Positions 1 through 8,146 of a stretch of 42,393 bases of DNA are shown here, piece by piece. The notes beneath the pieces were generated by a model. The model was not told where the DNA came from. It worked only from the letters and a program-made list of their open reading frames with translations, and searched no databases. The first letter of the stretch is position 1, and each line of letters begins with the position of its first letter. The translations under genes were made by a program, and so were the position numbers. The DNA comes from Candidatus Fervidifonticultor quintus (lineage in GTDB: Bacteria; Sysuimicrobiota; Sysuimicrobiia; Sysuimicrobiales; Humicultoraceae), in contig JAVKIJ010000018.1 of NCBI GenBank assembly GCA_031459535.1, positions 1 through 42,393 of the forward strand, read 5' to 3'.

Positions 1-1
1 C

Positions 2-94
2 TACCAGGCCCAAGTCCAGGTGATCCGCGCCGGCGGGACCTCGACGTTCCACTCAGAGATCTTCCGCTTCCAGATCATGCGCGGGGTGCCCTGA
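2..94 (+). CDS. 3' end of an upstream tail-region gene (partial; YQAQVQVIRAGGTSTFHSEIFRFQIMRGVP*)
   Basis: Open frame from the window edge to TGA at 92-94, immediately before the tail fibre gene. Confidence 0.55.
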   Translation, partial: YQAQVQVIRAGGTSTFHSEIFRFQIMRGVP

Positions 95-102
95 GGTAGA
101 CC

Positions 103-1428
103 GTGGAAGTCTGGCACCAGTTCGCGTCCGCGAAAGCCGACAGCACCGACACCTCGCTCGTCCTAGCCTCGGACTGGAACCGGGTTGCGCTCGCAGGGGT
201 TCGGGCCACGAACGCCAGCGGCGCCACCCTCAACCCAGGCGACGTAGTCGCCTTCACCGTCTCGGGCGGTGCGCTGGCGGTCACGCTCTCAACCGCGACC
301 GGCGCGTCCTACGGGGTGTGCCTCGGCAACCCGCCCAGCTCAAGCTCCAAAACGGTCGGGGGCGCGGTCGCCAACGGGGCTCAGGGCTTGTTTGGGTTGA
401 TGGGTGTCCACAACACCCTCGTTCAGGCCCCAGTCACGGCTGGCGGTACCCTCCGCAAGAGCCCGACCGTATCGGCAGCGCTCAGCGCACGTACCGACAA
501 CGCGGTCGAGGCGCTCGCCATCGCACTCCAGAGCGTGAGCACCGGGACGGCCGTCATCCCATGCCTGTGGCTGGGGCACACAGACTGGGCCGTCCCACGC
601 GACCGCACCGTCTCCGCTGGAACCGGACTCACCGGCGGTGGGGCGCTCAGTCAGAACATTACCCTCGCCCTCAGCACGCCTGTCGCGATCTCACTCGGTG
701 GGACAGGAGCCGGGACTGCCGCCGGCGCCCGGGCGAATCTCCTCGCGGAAGGAAACCTCCGGGCGGTCCGGGTCTTCACGTCCAGCGGCACCTGGAACAA
801 GCCCGCGGACGTGGTGCGGGTCCTGATCGAGGCCGTGGGCGGCGGTGGAGCCGGCGGGGGCGCCGGCACCACTAACATTCAATCCGTGTTAAGTGGTGGT
901 GGAGGGGGTGGATCCGGCGGCTACGCCCGCGCATGGGTCGACGTCACGTCCATCAGCAGCCTATCCATCACGGTTGGGGCAGGCGGCAGTGGTGTGGCGG
1001 CAGGGAACGGTGGGAACGGTGGAGCCACCACCGTGTCGTCAGGGACGGCCGTCTCGATCACCTGCAACGGTGGGACTGGTGGAGCCTACGGGGGGGCCAA
1101 CGAGACCATTGCCGGGGCAGGTGGCCAAGGTGGAACAGCCAGCGTGAGCGGGAGCGCCGTGCTGGCGTCTGTGGCCTCCCAAGGTGACGCTGGGGTCCCA
1201 GTCACTGCCTTAAGCAATTTCGGTACCTGCTACCCGGCTGGCGCGGGCGGTCGGCTTGGTGGGTGGGTCGTGCGCTACTACCCACCCTCCGGCACGCCTG
1301 GCCCAGGTGTGAACGGCACCCCCTACGGGGGCGGCGGGAGCGGCGCGCTCAACAACACGGGCACCCCATACACGGCGGCGGGCGGAAACGGCGCCCCGGG
1401 CGTGGTCATCATCTACGAGTACGGCTAG
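103..1428 (+). CDS. Tail fibre / receptor-binding protein with Gly-rich C-terminal domain
   Basis: Motifs VRVFTSSGTWNKP, IEAVGGGGAGG, GGGGGSGGY, ITVGAGG, GGNGAPGVVIIYEY and SLGGTGAGTAAGARANL, all typical of phage Gly-rich tail fibres. Confidence 0.85.
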   Translation: MEVWHQFASAKADSTDTSLVLASDWNRVALAGVRATNASGATLNPGDVVAFTVSGGALAVTLSTATGASYGVCLGNPPSSSSKTVGGAVANGAQGLFGLMGVHNTLVQAPVTAGGTLRKSPTVSAALSARTDNAVEALAIALQSVSTGTAVIPCLWLGHTDWAVPRDRTVSAGTGLTGGGALSQNITLALSTPVAISLGGTGAGTAAGARANLLAEGNLRAVRVFTSSGTWNKPADVVRVLIEAVGGGGAGGGAGTTNIQSVLSGGGGGGSGGYARAWVDVTSISSLSITVGAGGSGVAAGNGGNGGATTVSSGTAVSITCNGGTGGAYGGANETIAGAGGQGGTASVSGSAVLASVASQGDAGVPVTALSNFGTCYPAGAGGRLGGWVVRYYPPSGTPGPGVNGTPYGGGGSGALNNTGTPYTAAGGNGAPGVVIIYEYG

Positions 1429-1439
1429 AGGTGTCAACC

Positions 1440-1745
1440 GTGCCCCGCTACGCGATCATCGACCCAAGCACCCGCCAGGTGCTCAACGTCATCGTCGCAG
1501 ACGACGCCTTCGCCTCCGAGCTGGCGGCCGCGACCGGCCAGCTCCTGGTCAAGCACGACACAGCCAGCCCGGGCTGGACGCTCGCGCCGGACGGGACCGC
1601 CCTGCCGCCACCGACCCCACCGGCCGTGAACCCAGTTCTCGCCGCCCGTCAGGCGGCTCTTCGAGCGGTGGCCGACGCGGTCGATACAGCGACCACGCTA
1701 GACGGGCTCAAGGCCGCCGTCAAAGCCCTCGCCCAGCTCCTCTAA
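1440..1745 (+). CDS. Small tail-fibre-associated protein (assembly chaperone-like)
   Basis: GTG start at 1440 after GAGGTG; RYAIID...VLNVIVAD...PGWT pattern seen in genes that follow Gly-rich fibres. Confidence 0.6.
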   Translation: MPRYAIIDPSTRQVLNVIVADDAFASELAAATGQLLVKHDTASPGWTLAPDGTALPPPTPPAVNPVLAARQAALRAVADAVDTATTLDGLKAAVKALAQLL

Positions 1746-1758
1746 GTCGGAGATCACT

Positions 1759-2466
1759 ATGAAACGCTGGCTTGCCGCGCTCCTGACACTGCTGGTCGCT
1801 GCTGTCGCCTTCGCCGCCCCCTACACCACTGGGGACACAGCGCTCGCCAGGCTCTGGTTCGACACGCCTGAGGGCCGGCAGCCGGCGTGCACGGCCTTCT
1901 GGATCGACCCGGGCGGGCCGCTCGGCCGGCAGACGCAGCCACGGGAAGCGGAAAGCCTCGTCTCCTGGCTGGTCTCGGCCGGGCATTGCCGGGCGGCGAC
2001 ACTCGTGAGCGACGCGACCGACTCGACGGTCTTCGGCTGGGTCGACTGGCGTGTGGCGGTCGAAGGGCAGGGCTACGCGACCGCGTGGGACCTGGCGATC
2101 GGGACCGCGCCGGACGTCCGCGGGCCGGACAAGCGCTGGTTCACGCTCGCAGAGGCCGACCCCGCACAGGGCCAGCTCGTCTACGTCCACGGCTTCCCGC
2201 TCGGGGTCGAGCACGTCGCCGCGGGGGTCGTCGAGGGGCCTTCCACGAAGTTCCCCGGCTCCCTGGTCGTTGTGGCTCAGACGAGCATGATCGCCCCCGG
2301 CGCCTCCGGGAGCCCCGTGATGGATCACTACGGGAACGTGGTGGGGGTCCTCTGGGGGCTCGACCAGGACGAATCCGCCCCGAACCGCCAGCGCCTCTAC
2401 GTCACGCCCGTCAGCGCGCTCCGACGGGCCCTTGACCTCATCACCCCCAAGGAGGTAGCCTCGTGA
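1759..2466 (+). CDS. Secreted trypsin-like (S1) serine protease
   Basis: Signal peptide MKRWLAALLTLLVAAVAFA; catalytic triad motifs SAGHC, WDLAI and PGASGSPV. Confidence 0.85.
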   Translation: MKRWLAALLTLLVAAVAFAAPYTTGDTALARLWFDTPEGRQPACTAFWIDPGGPLGRQTQPREAESLVSWLVSAGHCRAATLVSDATDSTVFGWVDWRVAVEGQGYATAWDLAIGTAPDVRGPDKRWFTLAEADPAQGQLVYVHGFPLGVEHVAAGVVEGPSTKFPGSLVVVAQTSMIAPGASGSPVMDHYGNVVGVLWGLDQDESAPNRQRLYVTPVSALRRALDLITPKEVAS

Positions 2467-2627
2467 GCAAGGATCTCGCCACCACTGTGATGGGCCTTGT
2501 CGTCGCTATCGCCACCGCCCTCATGACCTTCAACGCCCCGCCGGAGACCCCGCTCTGGCTCTCCGTGGTCGGCTACCTGGCCGCCGCCGCGAGCGCCGTC
2601 TGGGGCTACTTCACGAACAAGCGGTGA
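2463..2627 (+). CDS. Holin-like protein with two transmembrane segments (54 aa, not in ORF track)
   Basis: VSKDLATTVMGLVVAIATALMTFNAPPETPLWLSVVGYLAAAASAVWGYFTNKR; RBS AGGAGG; GTGA overlaps with both neighbours; basic C-terminus. Confidence 0.7.
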   Translation: MSKDLATTVMGLVVAIATALMTFNAPPETPLWLSVVGYLAAAASAVWGYFTNKR

Positions 2628-2878
2628 CCCAGCTCGTCGCGGAGCTCCTGGCTCGGCTCGCGGTCCAGCTCCTCCGGGAGCTGCTCCAGCACCGGGCCGT
2701 CCGCGACCAGGTCCGCTATGAACTGGCTCAAGAATTGGCGCGGCTGGGTGAGCAAGCCACGGCTTGGCGCCGTGCTGCTGAGTCTCGCGGTGTGGGCGGG
2801 GAGCTCCGGGTGCGCCCTGACGCTCCGCCCCTGGAGCTACCGGGTCCAGATCCCGGAGCTCCGGGCAGCCCCGGTTGA
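2624..2878 (+). CDS. Putative inner-spanin (Rz-like) protein
   Basis: Follows the holin; amphipathic N-terminus, helical middle, Pro-rich tail; overlapped by a lipoprotein-like ORF in the +1 frame. No clear classical TM segment. Confidence 0.4.
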   Translation: MTQLVAELLARLAVQLLRELLQHRAVRDQVRYELAQELARLGEQATAWRRAAESRGVGGELRVRPDAPPLELPGPDPGAPGSPG

Positions 2879-3014
2879 GCTCGGCTGCCGCGTCGGCGGC
2901 ACGCCCGACATCTGCCTCCTCGTCCTGCGCGAGGACTGGGAGGCCCTCGTGCGGGAGCTCAAGGCCGCCTGCCTGGCGCTGGGGGGCACCCCACGCGAGT
3001 GTCAGGCGGAGTAG
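2748..3014 (+). CDS. Putative outer-spanin (Rz1-like) lipoprotein
   Basis: Basic-hydrophobic signal KPRLGAVLLSLAVWAGSSG-C with an imperfect lipobox; extra Cys residues; starts inside the previous gene (alternative ATG at 2718). Confidence 0.5.
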   Translation: MSKPRLGAVLLSLAVWAGSSGCALTLRPWSYRVQIPELRAAPVELGCRVGGTPDICLLVLREDWEALVRELKAACLALGGTPRECQAE

Positions 3015-3023
3015 GCGCTGTGG

Positions 3024-3503
3024 TTGGCCACGCTCTGGGAACGGCTGGGGCTGGGGGCAGACGACCTCTACTGGTCTCGGGTCTACCTGGCGGCAGTCAG
3101 GGTCGGGGCCCCGCACTACCTCCTGGCCCCGCCGCGGTGGGCGGACGCCGTGGTCGAGCTCGACGTCCACTACCGCCAGGGCCGCACGGTGACCGGCCGG
3201 TCGCTGACCCGGGCTCAGGCGGACCGCGTCTTCCGGGAGCGGCTCACCGGGCCACTCCGGTGGGTCCTCTGGGCGTGGCTCCGGCTCACAGGATGGAGAA
3301 CTTGGCGACAGGCTCCGCCCCGTAGGACGACCGACACTGCGGACAGAGCCACCCGAACTCTCCTATGGTCAGCAGCGCGTCAGCGCCGCAGAAGGCACAG
3401 CTCGTCCCGCCCTGGCCGCACTGGGGACACTGCCAGACCATCCCACGTCGTAACAGGACCGCCCGACACGACGGGCACACCCCCGGGGCGCTCACGGGCG
3501 TAG
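3024..3503 (+). CDS. DUF1353-like phage protein
   Basis: AVVELDVHY...TRAQADRVFRERL...RWVLWAWLRLTGWRTW resembles the DUF1353 consensus; C-terminal extension overlaps a minus-strand gene. Confidence 0.5.
   Translation: MATLWERLGLGADDLYWSRVYLAAVRVGAPHYLLAPPRWADAVVELDVHYRQGRTVTGRSLTRAQADRVFRERLTGPLRWVLWAWLRLTGWRTWRQAPPRRTTDTADRATRTLLWSAARQRRRRHSSSRPGRTGDTARPSHVVTGPPDTTGTPPGRSRA
3286..3495 (-). CDS. Double zinc-ribbon protein
   Basis: Four CxxC pairs (CPSC, CPQC, CAFC, CPQC); GTG start overlaps the stop of the exonuclease gene. Confidence 0.65.
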   Translation of the reverse strand: MSAPGVCPSCRAVLLRRGMVWQCPQCGQGGTSCAFCGADALLTIGEFGWLCPQCRSSYGAEPVAKFSIL

Positions 3504-4052
3504 CGTCGCCACCCAGCGCCTGAGCCGCAGGTAGAGCGCCTCCAGCCCGCGCACGTCGCTCACGCACCGTCGTACCAGCGTCCGGAGCCCTCTCTCCGGG
3601 TCCCTGACGACCTCGTTCCAGGTATCCGGGGAGAGGGTCATTTTTTGTTCCGGGGCCTCAAGCCACCGGAGCACGTGGGCCTGGCTCCGCCGGCTCAGGG
3701 CCAGCCGGTGGCGGACGAGGTAGTAGAGATCGAGGTGGGGCCGGTGTCGGAGCGGGGGGAGCCCGTGGTGGAGCAACCTCGACTCCAGGAAGGGCACGTC
3801 GAACCGCCGCCCGTAGAACGTCACCCAGATGTAAGCCTGGCCCAGCCGCTCGGCCAGGGCCTCGGCCAGCTCCCGGTCATCCCCCGGGCGCTTGACCTGG
3901 AAGATCTCCACCGGCCGCCGGTAGGGCTTGACACAGCCCACGAGCACGCTGTCGTAGTCCGCGCCGGTCCCGGTTGTCTCGAGATCCCAAAACACGATCG
4001 CCCGGGCCTGCTCGGCGACCGCGAGGAGCTCCTGGACCTCCTCGCGGTTCAC
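3492..4052 (-). CDS. DEDD 3'-5' exonuclease, RNase H-like (YprB / PolB-exo-like)
   Basis: Exo I FWDLETTG, Exo II VTFYGRRFDVPFL, HLDLY, Exo III RCVSDV; GTG start at 4052 overlaps the endolysin stop. Confidence 0.85.
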   Translation of the reverse strand: MNREEVQELLAVAEQARAIVFWDLETTGTGADYDSVLVGCVKPYRRPVEIFQVKRPGDDRELAEALAERLGQAYIWVTFYGRRFDVPFLESRLLHHGLPPLRHRPHLDLYYLVRHRLALSRRSQAHVLRWLEAPEQKMTLSPDTWNEVVRDPERGLRTLVRRCVSDVRGLEALYLRLRRWVATLRP

Positions 4053-4375
4053 GTGACCGCCCTCGGCTGGCGGGGATCGTACTCGCAATGGATATGGTCC
4101 GTCTCCAGGAGGACGTCCCACTCCTCGTCCCCGAGCACCTCGCGGAGCCGGTCGACCAGCAACGTCCGCAGGGCCTGGGGAACGTTGTGGATGCGGAGGT
4201 CGAACGCCAGCCCACGGTAGTGGAAGCTGCCGGGTTTGTGGGCGCCCTCGGTGATCGAGGTCACCCACATCTCCCGGATACCCTGGCTGGCGTAGACCTG
4301 GTCAGCAAGCACGATCCCCAACACCGCCTCGGGGCGGATGCCTTCCCACCGCACCCCTGGCTTGATTCGGATCAC
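4049..4375 (-). CDS. Peptidase M15-type (Hedgehog/DD-peptidase fold) endolysin
   Basis: Zinc-ligand pattern VTSITEGAH, SFHYRGLAFDLR, DHIHCE. Confidence 0.8.
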   Translation of the reverse strand: MIRIKPGVRWEGIRPEAVLGIVLADQVYASQGIREMWVTSITEGAHKPGSFHYRGLAFDLRIHNVPQALRTLLVDRLREVLGDEEWDVLLETDHIHCEYDPRQPRAVT

Positions 4376-4410
4376 GCACACCTCCTCACGCCGGCGTGTT
4401 GGCTTTCACG

Positions 4411-4692
4411 TCACCTCCGTGTCATATGCTGCCGGAGGGTCGAGCTGATCAAGTCGACCACGTCGGCCATGGGCAGCCCGTAGACGATCACCTCGCGTGC
4501 CGCCTTGGCCGACATCACCCGCACAGTCACGGCCGTCGGCTCGCCGATCTGGATCACCTCGCCCAGCAGCCGCGGCCGGCGCTGACGAACCCCGTGGTAC
4601 CGCCGGCGGTGATCCGCCAGCGCTGAGTACTCCCCTCCGCACTCCGGGCACGGCTGCTTAGGCCGCACCGACGGACGTCCTACTTCAGACAT
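4411..4692 (-). CDS. C2H2 zinc-finger protein
   Basis: CPECGGEYSALADHRRRYH; ATG at 4692 preceded by AGGAGG. Confidence 0.7.
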   Translation of the reverse strand: MSEVGRPSVRPKQPCPECGGEYSALADHRRRYHGVRQRRPRLLGEVIQIGEPTAVTVRVMSAKAAREVIVYGLPMADVVDLISSTLRQHMTRR

Positions 4693-4723
4693 CTTCAACC
4701 CCTCCTTTGTGTTGCTGACTTCC

Positions 4724-4780
4724 CTAGTAGAGCGACTTCGGCTTCGGTCGCGTACGCGGCACCGGCTTCTTCTTGGCCAC
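4724..4780 (-). CDS. Possible 18-aa basic peptide (VAKKKPVPRTRPKPKSLY)
   Basis: GGAGGTG RBS upstream of GTG; fills an intergenic gap. Confidence 0.3.
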   Translation of the reverse strand: MAKKKPVPRTRPKPKSLY

Positions 4781-4798
4781 CTCATCACCTCCTCTCCC

Positions 4799-4969
4799 CT
4801 AGAGTTTGTACGGCCCCCGACGGAGGCCGCAGACGTCACACACGAACCACACCCGCGCGGTCACGTCTCGCGCGTCGTCGCCCTCGTACTGCCACCGCGT
4901 CTCTGCGGACTCGCACGCCGGGCAGTCGATGCCCGTCGGGCGGTCCACCGTCGCGCCCTCGTCCACCAT
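4799..4969 (-). CDS. Zinc-ribbon protein
   Basis: MVDEG...CPAC...WFVCDVCG; GAGGAG RBS. Confidence 0.6.
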   Translation of the reverse strand: MVDEGATVDRPTGIDCPACESAETRWQYEGDDARDVTARVWFVCDVCGLRRGPYKL

Positions 4970-5546
4970 CGCCGCTCCTCCTCTCGACCGACCAGCCAAC
5001 GCACCCACGCGCGGCCGTCGTCGCACAGCCACCCCCACGCCTCCGCCGAGCCCGCCCGTGCGTCGCGGCAGCCCTGCGCCACCACCGCCCAGAGCAGCGC
5101 GCACTCCCGGCGCGGCGGCGTCGCCCACCGGGGCTCGGGAGGGTCCGTCCCGCGGTGAGACACGCGACGACGGTCGCGTCGCGCGCGTGCTCGTCGACCG
5201 CCCGCCAGCCGCGCGGCAGCCCGAGCCGCTTGACGAGCGCCGGTGGGTAGAGCTTGACCTCGGCGACCCGACGCGCCACCGCCACCCCCCAGAGCACGCC
5301 CACGGTAATGGCCAGGCGAATCAGGCCGGTGCGGCGGCCGTGCCACTGGACGGTCTCCAGCCCCACACGTACCCCCTCGCCCAGCTCGTCCAACAACCGG
5401 TCCATGTAGCGCCCCAGCTCACGGCACCGGTCGACCCACGTGCGCGTCCTCGGACGCCACGTCCACGCTTGCCGGAGCCGCGTCCCGTCGACCACCGCGA
5501 ACCCGCAGTTCGCCCACCCCGGGTCGATCCCAAGGAACGTCGCCAC
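4836..5546 (-). CDS. RuvC-like Holliday junction resolvase
   Basis: FLGIDPGWANCGFAVV, VGLETV, YPPALVK and HARDA acidic catalytic pattern; the last ~100 aa are low-complexity and overlap other ORFs. Confidence 0.8.
   Translation of the reverse strand: MATFLGIDPGWANCGFAVVDGTRLRQAWTWRPRTRTWVDRCRELGRYMDRLLDELGEGVRVGLETVQWHGRRTGLIRLAITVGVLWGVAVARRVAEVKLYPPALVKRLGLPRGWRAVDEHARDATVVACLTAGRTLPSPGGRRRRAGSARCSGRWWRRAAATHGRARRRRGGGCATTAARGCVGWSVERRSGDGGRGRDGGPPDGHRLPGVRVRRDAVAVRGRRRARRDRAGVVRV
4861..5163 (-). CDS. Hypothetical phage protein
   Basis: ECALLWAVVAQGCRDA...AWGWL is protein-like and fills the space after the RuvC domain; overlaps the RuvC read-through tail. Confidence 0.35.
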   Translation of the reverse strand: MSHRGTDPPEPRWATPPRRECALLWAVVAQGCRDARAGSAEAWGWLCDDGRAWVRWLVGREEERRWWTRARRWTARRASTARRASPQRRGGSTRATTRET

Positions 5547-5572
5547 CGCCTACCCGTCCCCGTGCCAGACCA

Positions 5573-5905
5573 CTACATGTAGCCCCGCCGTACCGCCGGA
5601 TCGTCGTCACCCTCGCTCGGATCGTCGTCCTCCACCTCAGGCCACCCGGCCAACGCCACCTGCGCGGTCGGCACAAGCCGGTAGGTCTCGTCTGACGGGA
5701 ACTGACAGACGAGCTCACCGTCCGCGAGCCCGCGCCACGCCACGACCCCGGAGGCGGTCGTGACCGGCTCGACCGCGTCCACGTCGAACCCCAGGAGCCC
5801 CCAAATCCCCGGGATCACGAGGACGAAGCGCCGGTCCAGGCGCGGTGGCTCGACGCGAATCAGCTTCCCGTGACGCTCGGTTCGCTCACCGCCCAAAGTC
5901 CTCAT
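5573..5905 (-). CDS. Hypothetical protein with acidic C-terminus
   Basis: ATG at 5905 after GGAGG; MRTLGGERTERHGKLIRVEPP...EVEDDDPSEGDDD. Confidence 0.55.
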   Translation of the reverse strand: MRTLGGERTERHGKLIRVEPPRLDRRFVLVIPGIWGLLGFDVDAVEPVTTASGVVAWRGLADGELVCQFPSDETYRLVPTAQVALAGWPEVEDDDPSEGDDDPAVRRGYM

Positions 5906-7007
5906 CCTCCACAAGCTTGAACCCCCGTTCGCGCCGGAGCCGGCCCACCACGCCCCGCCACGCGCCGTGGCGGTTCTTGACGACGTGGACCGCCACCCGC
6001 CCGCCGGCGTCCGGGAGGAGCTGGAGCCCCAGGTCCGCCGCGTACTCGATCTCGCCCGACTCCTTGTAGGCCCCGACCCAGGCCTCGCTCCCGTACAGCG
6101 AGCGGGCGATCTCCGAGACCACGAGCACGTTGCAGTCTCGGCGCTTGAGCCCCTCGAGCCGGTGGACCCAGCGGTCAATGCCCGCCCGGCGGTGCTCGAC
6201 CGACGTCGGCAGCTTCTGGATCGAGTCCACGACCACGAACGCGGGCGCCCCCACCGCGAGCAGGTCCGTCTCAATCGTCGCGGCCGTGTCACGGTAGTAG
6301 AGCCGGGCCGTCGCTTGGCGGGCCGCCTCGACGTCCCCGTTGAACAGCGCGCGGAGTCTATCGCCGGTGGCATACCGGCCGTTCTCGAGATCGTAGTAGA
6401 GCACGGGCATCACCCGCGCGGCGTCGAGCGCGGCCTGGAGCGCGAGCGTCGACTTGCCGACCCCAGGCTCCCCGCTCAGCGCGGTGAAGCCGACCAGTCC
6501 GCCGCCGAGCCGCTGGGAGATCTCGGGGAGCGACGCGAGCGGAATCCGTGGGACCCGCGGCAGCCAGCCCTCCCCGAGGAGCTCGGCGAAGGTCGTGGGC
6601 CCCGGATCCGGCCGGAGCGACGCGATGGTCCGGAGCAGCGCGTCGACGTCGAGCGCCCCGGCGTCCATCTGCCGCGTGGCCTCGTTGATGAGATGCACCA
6701 GCGCGTAGCGGGAGCGCACGTACCGCCGTGCCGTACTCGCCGCGCCGGCCGCGCCGAGCGCGTGCCCCAGGGCCGTGGTGATCTGCGCGCACGTCGTCTG
6801 GTCCCAGCCGTAGCGTTCAGCGAGCAGGAGGGACAGCGCTTCCGGGGGGACTGGTGGCTTGGCGTCAGCGAGCACGGCGTAGACGCGCTGTCCCTCCACG
6901 CTCAGCTCTTCTGGTCTCACCTCCTCCCGCGGGAGCACGCCCGCCATAACCGCGGCCAGCAGGGCGCGCTCGAGATCCGGTGATACCCGCACGCTCCGCG
7001 TTGTCAC
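5886..7007 (-). CDS. DnaB-like (SF4) replicative helicase
   Basis: Walker A GEPGVGKST, Walker B VVVDSIQ, YKESGEIEYAAD, VVKNRHG. Confidence 0.9.
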   Translation of the reverse strand: MTTRSVRVSPDLERALLAAVMAGVLPREEVRPEELSVEGQRVYAVLADAKPPVPPEALSLLLAERYGWDQTTCAQITTALGHALGAAGAASTARRYVRSRYALVHLINEATRQMDAGALDVDALLRTIASLRPDPGPTTFAELLGEGWLPRVPRIPLASLPEISQRLGGGLVGFTALSGEPGVGKSTLALQAALDAARVMPVLYYDLENGRYATGDRLRALFNGDVEAARQATARLYYRDTAATIETDLLAVGAPAFVVVDSIQKLPTSVEHRRAGIDRWVHRLEGLKRRDCNVLVVSEIARSLYGSEAWVGAYKESGEIEYAADLGLQLLPDAGGRVAVHVVKNRHGAWRGVVGRLRRERGFKLVEDEDFGR

Positions 7008-7017
7008 GCCACGCTCC

Positions 7018-7710
7018 TCAGATCAGGGCCTCATAGCGCCCGGGCGGCTGGCAGTCATGCCACCAAGGACAGGTTTCGCACATCCAGTCCTCGCACAGAG
7101 GCAAGTCCGAGGGGTCACGGTCCTCGATAGCCCGTCGGAGGTGGTCGGCCATCTCGCGCATAGCCTGCCGGATGAGCGGGAGGGTCGAGGGCTCCACGTG
7201 GACGCTCCAGACCAGCGGGCGAGGGGTGGTTTTCCCATCTGTGTCCCGGAGCATGATGTACCAGACCACGAGGAGCCCCCGTGGCTGCTCCGTCAGCGCC
7301 ATGTACATCAGGAGCTGCCGGAGATAGAGTCCGAGCCCATCCGAGGCGTCCCGCGGCTGCCAGAGGGCGCGTGAGGTCTTGATCTCCACGGGCGTGCCAT
7401 CCTCGAGGCGGGCGTCGAGCGAGTACCAGACGCCTACCTCCTCGTGCCACGCCGGCTCGGGAACCGTCCAGCCGGCCAGGCGCGCCACCATCTCGTGGAG
7501 CTGGTGCCCGATGACGTAGAGCCCGACTTCCCGACTCGAGGGCTCTTTGGGGACCGTGATCCGCCAGTACGCCCTGAGGGGCGAGACCAGGTCGGTCACG
7601 TGGAGTCCCTCCGGGCGCGTCCGCTGCTGCTCGGCCAGCGAGGCCGCCGCCGCGGTGAGCAGGCGCCCCTCCCAGCGCTCCTCACGCACCAGACGGAAGT
7701 CCACGCTCAC
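7018..7710 (-). CDS. Cas4-like PD-(D/E)XK exonuclease
   Basis: LHVTDL, GHQLHE, SLDA...VEIKTS, RQLLMY and C-terminal Cys cluster C..WMCETCPWWHDC. Confidence 0.8.
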   Translation of the reverse strand: MSVDFRLVREERWEGRLLTAAAASLAEQQRTRPEGLHVTDLVSPLRAYWRITVPKEPSSREVGLYVIGHQLHEMVARLAGWTVPEPAWHEEVGVWYSLDARLEDGTPVEIKTSRALWQPRDASDGLGLYLRQLLMYMALTEQPRGLLVVWYIMLRDTDGKTTPRPLVWSVHVEPSTLPLIRQAMREMADHLRRAIEDRDPSDLPLCEDWMCETCPWWHDCQPPGRYEALI

Positions 7711-8132
7711 GTCTCAGGTGCCCCTCCGTCCCGCTCGAGCTCCGCCGCAAACGAGTCTTCCTCCTCAGGCTCGTCGTCCGGCTCCTCGACCCGCCGGACA
7801 GGACGTCCACGCGGTGGGGCGCCGTCTCCCCGTGGCTGCGATACAGCCACCGAGAGCCGGTAGGTCCACTCGCGCCCTTCCCCCGGCTCGGCCCGCCAGA
7901 GAAAGAGGCTCAGCTCCGCGCCATCCTCACGGCACTCAGCCAGTAGCCGGCTGAGCTGTCTGTAGGCGTCCGGCCAGATCCGGCCGGTCCAGAGCCCGCG
8001 CCTGCGCGTGGGCCAGAGCACACCCAGGGAGAGGAAGTTCCCCCCACCACCGCCGCCACGCCGCGGTCCGCCGCCGCTACGCGGGGGACCCGACGCACGC
8101 CTGCGCCACCGCTCACGACTCTCCCACACCAT
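7707..8132 (-). CDS. Putative single-stranded DNA-binding protein
   Basis: Small, aromatic/basic core with acidic tail EEPDDEPEEEDSF; lies between polymerase and nuclease. Confidence 0.45.
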   Translation of the reverse strand: MVWESRERWRRRASGPPRSGGGPRRGGGGGGNFLSLGVLWPTRRRGLWTGRIWPDAYRQLSRLLAECREDGAELSLFLWRAEPGEGREWTYRLSVAVSQPRGDGAPPRGRPVRRVEEPDDEPEEEDSFAAELERDGGAPET

Positions 8133-8146
8133 TTCCTACGCCTCCT

